From positions 139,812,001 through 139,876,000 of the forward strand of contig CM059431.1 of the NCBI GenBank assembly GCA_030390025.1: 64,000 bases of DNA, in the 5' to 3' direction. The notes below the pieces were generated by a model that was not told the origin of the DNA, searched no databases, and saw nothing but the letters and a program-made list of their open reading frames with translations. A program made the position numbers and the translations under genes. Below, piece after piece: positions 58,401-64,000 of this stretch. Source of the stretch: Squalus acanthias. Lineage: Eukaryota. The stretch's first letter is position 1, and each line of letters starts with the position of its first letter.

Positions 58401-61400
58401 CCAGGTGTTTATGGCGTTTCACTGTGTATCAGGATTCTAACACATGTGTAAGGGTTTTCACAGTGTATTAGGATCCTTCCAGCTTTTGCTTGGGTTTCAC
58501 ATTGTATCAGGATCCTGCCAAGTTCGTATGGGATTTCACAGTGTATACTGATCCTGCCAGATGTGTATGGGGTGTCACAGTGTATCAGCAACCTGCCAGG
58601 TATGTATGGGGTATCGCAGATTATCAGGATACTGCCAGGTTTGTATGGGGTTTCACAGTGTATCTGGATCCTGTCAGGTGTGAATGGGGTTTCACAGTTT
58701 ATCAGGGTCCTGCCAGGTATGTAAGGGGTTTCACAGTGTATCAGGATCCTGCCAAGTGAGTATGTGGTTTAACAATGTATCGGGATGCTGCCATTTGTGT
58801 ATGGTGTCTCACAGGGCATCAGAAACCTGCCAGGTGTCTATGGGGTTTTACAGTGTATCAGGATCTTGCCAGTTGTGTATGTAGATTCACAGTGTATCAA
58901 GATCCTGCCAGGTGTGTATGGGGTTTCACAGTGTATCAGCATTCTACCAGGTGTGTTTCGGGTTTCACAGTGTATCAGGACCCTGACAGTTGTGTATGGG
59001 GTTTCACAGTGTATCAGGATTCTACCAGGTATATACAGGGTTTCACAGTGTATCAGGATCCTTCTAGGGGTGTATGGGGTTTCACAGTGTATCAGGATTC
59101 TACCAGGTGTGTATGGGGTTTCACAGTGTATCAGGATCCTGTCAGGTGTGAATGGGGTTTCACAGTTTATCAGGGTCCTGCCAGGTGTGTATGGGGTTTC
59201 GCAGACTATCAGGATGCTGCCAGGTATGTAAGGGGTTTCACAGTGTATCAGGATTATACCAGGTGTGTATGGGGCTTCACAGTGTATCGTTATCATGCCA
59301 GGTGTGTATGGGGTGTCACAGTGTATCAGGATCCTGCCAGGTGTTTATGGGGTTTCACAGTGTATCAGGAACCTGCCAGGTTCGTATGGGTTTTCACAGT
59401 CTACAGGTTCCTGCCAAGTGTGTATATTGTTTCATGGTGTATCAGGATCCTGCCTGGTATGTATGGGGTTTCACAGTCTACTGGATTCTGCCAGATGTGT
59501 ATGGGGTTTCACAATGTATCAGAATCCTGCCAGATGTACATGGAATTTCACAGTGTATCAGGATCCTGCCAGGTTTGTGCGGGTTTTCACAGTGTATCAG
59601 CAATCTACTAGGTGTGTATGGAGTTTCACAGTATTTCGAGATCCTGCCAGGTGTGTATGGGGTTTCACAATGTTTCAGAATCCTTCCAGATGTATATGGG
59701 ATTTCACAGTGTATCAGGATCCTGCCAGGTTTGTGCGGGTTTTCACAATGTATCAGCAATCTACTAGGTGTGTATGGAGTTTCACAGTATTTCAAGAACC
59801 TGCCAAGTGTGTATCGGGTTTCACAGTGTATCAGGACCCGGACAGTTGTGTATGAGGTTTCACAGTGTATCAGTTTCGTCACAGACGTGTAGGGGTTTCA
59901 CAGTGTATCAGGATCCTGCCAGGTGTGTATGGGGTTGACAGTGTATCGGGATCCTGTCAAGTTTGTCTGAGGTTTCACAGTGTATCAGGATCCTGTCAGG
60001 AATGTGTGTGGTTTTCAGTGTTTCATTTTTCCGCCAGGTGTGTATGGGGTTTCACAGTTTATCAGGGTCCTGCCACCTGTGCGTTGGGTTTCAAATGTAT
60101 CAGGATCCTGCAAGGTGTATGGGGTTTCACTGTGCATCTTGATCCTTCCAGGTATGTATGGGGTCTCACAATGTATCAGGATACTGCCAGTTGTGTATGG
60201 GGTTTCACAGATTATCAGGATCCTGCCAGGTGTGTATGGGGATTCTCAGTTTATCAGGATCCTGCCAGATGTGTATGTGGTTTCACAGTGAATCGCGATC
60301 ATGCCAGATGTGTATGAGGTTTCACTGTGTATCGGTATCCTACCAGGTGTGTATGGGGTTTCACAGTTTATCAGGATCCTGCCAGGTGTGTATGAGATTT
60401 CACAGTATATCAGGATCCTGCCAGGTGTGTGCGGGTTTTCACAGTTTATCAGAATTCTACCAGGTGTGTATTGTGTTTCAGAGTATATCCAGATCCTGCC
60501 AGGTGTGTTTCGGGTTTCACAGTGTATCAGGACCCGGACATGTGCGTATGCCGTTTCACAGTTTATCAGTATCCTGCCAGGTGTATATGGGGTTGCACAC
60601 TGTATCAATATCCTGCCAAAATTGTATGGGGCTTCACAGTGTATTGGGATCATGCCAGGTGTGAATGGGGTTTACAGTGGATCAGGATCCTTCCAGGGAT
60701 GTATGGGGTTTCACATTGTATCAGGATCAGCCAGGTCTGTATGTGATTTCACAGACTACAGGAACCTGCAAGCTGTGTATGGGGTTTCAAATCGTATCAG
60801 GATACTGCCAGGTGTGTATGGCGTTTCACAGTGTATCAGGATACTGCCAGCTGTGTATGGGGTTTCACACTGTATCAGGATGCAGCCTGGTGGATATGGC
60901 GTTTCACAGTGTGTCAGGTTTCTACCGGGTATGTAAGGGGTTTCTCCGTGTATCACGATCCTGCTAGCAGTTTATTGTGGTTTCACGTTGAATCAGGATC
61001 CTGCCAAATTTGTATTGTGTTTCACAGGGCATCGGGATCATGTCAGGTGCGTATGGGGTTTCACAGGGTGTACTGATCCTGCCAGGTGTGTATGGGGTTT
61101 CGCAGTGTATCAGGATACTGCCAGGTGTGTATGGGGTTTCACAGTGTATCTTGATTCTACCAGGTGTGTATGGGGTTTCACTGTGTATCAGGATCATGCC
61201 AGCTTTTTTTGGGTTGTCACTGTGCATCAGGATCCTGGCAAGTTTGTATGGGGTTTCACAGTGTATCAGGAACCTGCCAGGTGTGTATGGGGTCTCTCAG
61301 TGTATCAGGATCCTCCCTGGTGTGTGTGGGGATTCACAGTGTATCAGGATCCTGCCAGTGTGTATATGGTTTCACAGTGTAACATGATACTTCCAGGTAT

Positions 61401-63295
61401 GTATGGTGTTTCACAGTGTATCAGGATCCAGCCAGGTGTGTATGGAGTTTCACAGTGTAACATGATACTTCCAGGTATGTATGGGGTTTCACAGTGTATC
61501 AGGATCCTGCCAGGTGTGTATGGGGTTAAACAGTGTATCAAGACCATTCCAGGTGTTTCAGGGGTTTCACAGTGCATCAGGAACGTGCCTGTTGTTTATG
61601 GGGTTTCACAGTGTATCAGGATACTGCCAGCTGTGTATGGGGTTTCACACTGTATCAGGATGCAGCCTGGTGGATATGGCGTTTCACAGTGTGTCAGGTT
61701 TCTACCGGGTATGTAAGGGGTTTCTCCGTGTATCACGATCCTGCTAGCAGTTTATTGTGGTTTCACGTTGAATCAGGATCCTGCCAAATTTGTATTGTGT
61801 TTCACAGGGCATCGGGATCATGTCAGGTGCGTATGGGGTTTCACAGGGTGTACTGATCCTGCCAGGTGTGTATGGGGTTTCGCAGTGTATCAGGATACTG
61901 CCAGGTGTGTATGGGGTTTCACAGTGTATCTTGATTCTACCAGGTGTGTATGGGGTTTCACTGTGTATCAGGATCATGCCAGCTTTTTTTGGGTTGTCAC
62001 TGTGCATCAGGATCCTGGCAAGTTTGTATGGGGTTTCACAGTGTATCAGGAACCTGCCAGGTGTGTATGGGGTCTCTCAGTGTATCAGGATCCTCCCTGG
62101 TGTGTGTGGGGATTCACAGTGTATCAGGATCCTGCCAGTGTGTATGTGGTTTCACAGTGTAACATGATACTTCCAGGTATGTATGGTGTTTCACAGTGTA
62201 TCAGGATCCAGCCAGGTATGTATGGAGTTTCACTGTGTAACATGATACTTCCAGGTATGTATGGGGTTTCACAGTGTATCAGGATCCTGCCAGGTGTGTA
62301 TGGGGTTAAACAGTGTATCAAGACCATTCCAGGTGTTTCAGGGGTTTCACAGTGCATCAGGAACGTGCCTGGTGTTTATGGGGTTTCACAATGTATCAGG
62401 ATCATGACAGTTATGTGTGGTTTTTCTCATTGTATCAGGATCCTGCCAGGTGTGTATGGCGTTTCCCAATTGTTTCAGGATCCTTTAAGGTGTCTATGGG
62501 GTTTCACAGAGTATCAGGATCCAGCCAGGTGTGTATGGGGTCTCTCAGTGTATCAGGATCCTCCCTGGTGTGTGTGGGGATTCACAGTGTATCAGGATCC
62601 TGCCAGTGTGTATGGGGTTTCACAGTGTAACATGATACTTCCAGGTATGTATGGTGTTTCACAGTGTATCAGGATCCAGCCAGGTATGTATGGGGTCTCT
62701 CAGTGTATCAGGATCCTCCCAGGTGTGTATGGAGTTTCACAGTGTAACATGATACTTCCAGGTATGTATGGGGTTTCACAGTGTATCAGCATACTGCCAG
62801 GTGTGTATGGGGTTAAACAGTGTATCAAGACCATTCCAGGTATTTCAGGGGTTTCACAGTGCATCAGGAACGTGCCTGGTGTTTATGGGGTTTCACAGTT
62901 TATCAGGATCCTGACAGGAATGTGTGGGGTTTCACAGTGTATCAGGAACCTGCCAGGTGTGAATGAGGTTTCACAGTTTATCAGGATCCTGACAGCTGTG
63001 TGTGTGGTTTCTCATTGTATCAGGATCCTACCAGGTGCGTATGGGGTTTCACAGTGTATCAGGATCCTGCCAGGTGTGTATGGTGTTTCACAGTGTATCT
63101 GGATCCTACCAGGTGTGTATGGGGTTTCACAGTGTTTCAGGATCCAGCCAGGTGTGTATGGGGTTTCACAAAGTATCAGGAACCTGTCTGGAGTATATGG
63201 GGTTTCTCAGTGTATCAGGATCCTCCCAGGTATGTATGCGTTTTCACTGTTTATTAGGTCCCTGCCAGTTCTAAATAGGGTTTCACAGTTTATCA

Positions 63296-63802
63296 GTTCT
63301 TACCATGGAGGGGGTGCAGCGAAGATTCACCAGACTGATACCTGGGATGGCATGAATGACGTATGAAGAGAGATTGGGACTATTGGGCTTGTATTCGCTA
63401 GAGTTTAGAAGAATGAGAGGGGATCTCATCGAAACATATAAAATTCTGACAGGTCTGGACAAACTAGATGCAGGGAGAATGTTCCCGATGGTCGGAGAGC
63501 CCAGAACCAGGGGTCATAATCTACGGATAACGGGTGAACCATTTAGGACAGAAATGAGGAAGAATTTCTTCACCCAGAGAGTGGTGAACCTGTGGAATTC
63601 TCTACCACAGAAGGTAGTTGAGGCCAAGTCATTAAATATATTCAAGGTTGAGTTAGATATATTTCTTAAAGCTAAAGGTATCAAGGGATATGGGGAGAAG
63701 GCAGGTACAGGGTACTGAGTTTAGATGATCAGCCATGATCTCATCGAATGGCGGAGCAGGCTCGAGGGGCCGAATGGCCTACTCCTGCTCCTATCTTCTA
63801 TG
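63296..63802 (+). mobile_element. Short CR1 3' fragment
   Basis: YSLEFRRMRGDLIETYKIL...FFTQRVVNLWNSLPQ plus tail. Confidence 0.93.
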
Positions 63803-64000
63803 TATGGGGTTTCACAATGCATCAGGATCCTGCAAGGTGTGTATGGGGTTTCACAGTGTATAAGGATCCTGCCAGATGTGAATGGGGTTTCACAGTGTAT
63901 CAGGCCACTGCCAGGTGTGTATGGCGTTTCTCAGTGAATCAGATATCTTCCAGTTGTGATAGGGGTTTCACATTGTATCAGTATCCTGCCAGGTGTGCAT

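Larger units (their letters stand above)
52630..64000 (+). repeat. 39-bp satellite array running off the window end, interrupted by two CR1s
   Basis: Unit ggggtttcacagtgtatcaggatcctgccaggtgtgtat. Confidence 0.95.

Noticed and set aside
52632..63937. Dozens of ORFs in the 39-bp satellite; minus-strand IHCETPY resembling the zinc-finger linker HTGEKPY
   Set aside because: The 13-codon unit simply lacks stops in several frames, frames switch often, and there is no C2H2 spacing.

Overview
Eukaryotic, repeat-rich vertebrate DNA, most likely a cartilaginous fish (inferred from HE1/V-SINE, Deu-domain SINE, CR1, L2, RTE and Penelope content and a fish-type NLR gene). Two spliced genes lie on the minus strand. 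(1) A 7-exon gene (ATG 25383 to stop 11023, about 1340 aa) that the ORF track only shows in pieces. It has a signal peptide, then a complete but divergent transcobalamin/intrinsic-factor/haptocorrin-type alpha domain (exons 2-6, all GT-AG and phase-compatible), spliced in frame to a 3.1-kb Pro/Thr/Ser mucin-like exon. No cobalamin-binding beta domain is present in this reading frame. Downstream, a related 51-bp array (2408-10920) looks like a broken continuation of the same mucin repeat; it is separated from the ORF by one extra G and interrupted by three transposon insertions. (2) An intact-looking NLRC3-like NACHT-LRR gene (48709-43374) whose 5' exons I could not find. The rest is large tandem arrays (39-42 bp GC-rich, 39 bp, 61 bp, 86 bp, 43 bp) and decayed LINEs/SINEs. 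All calls were made by eye from motif knowledge; no searches were run, and repeat boundaries are approximate.
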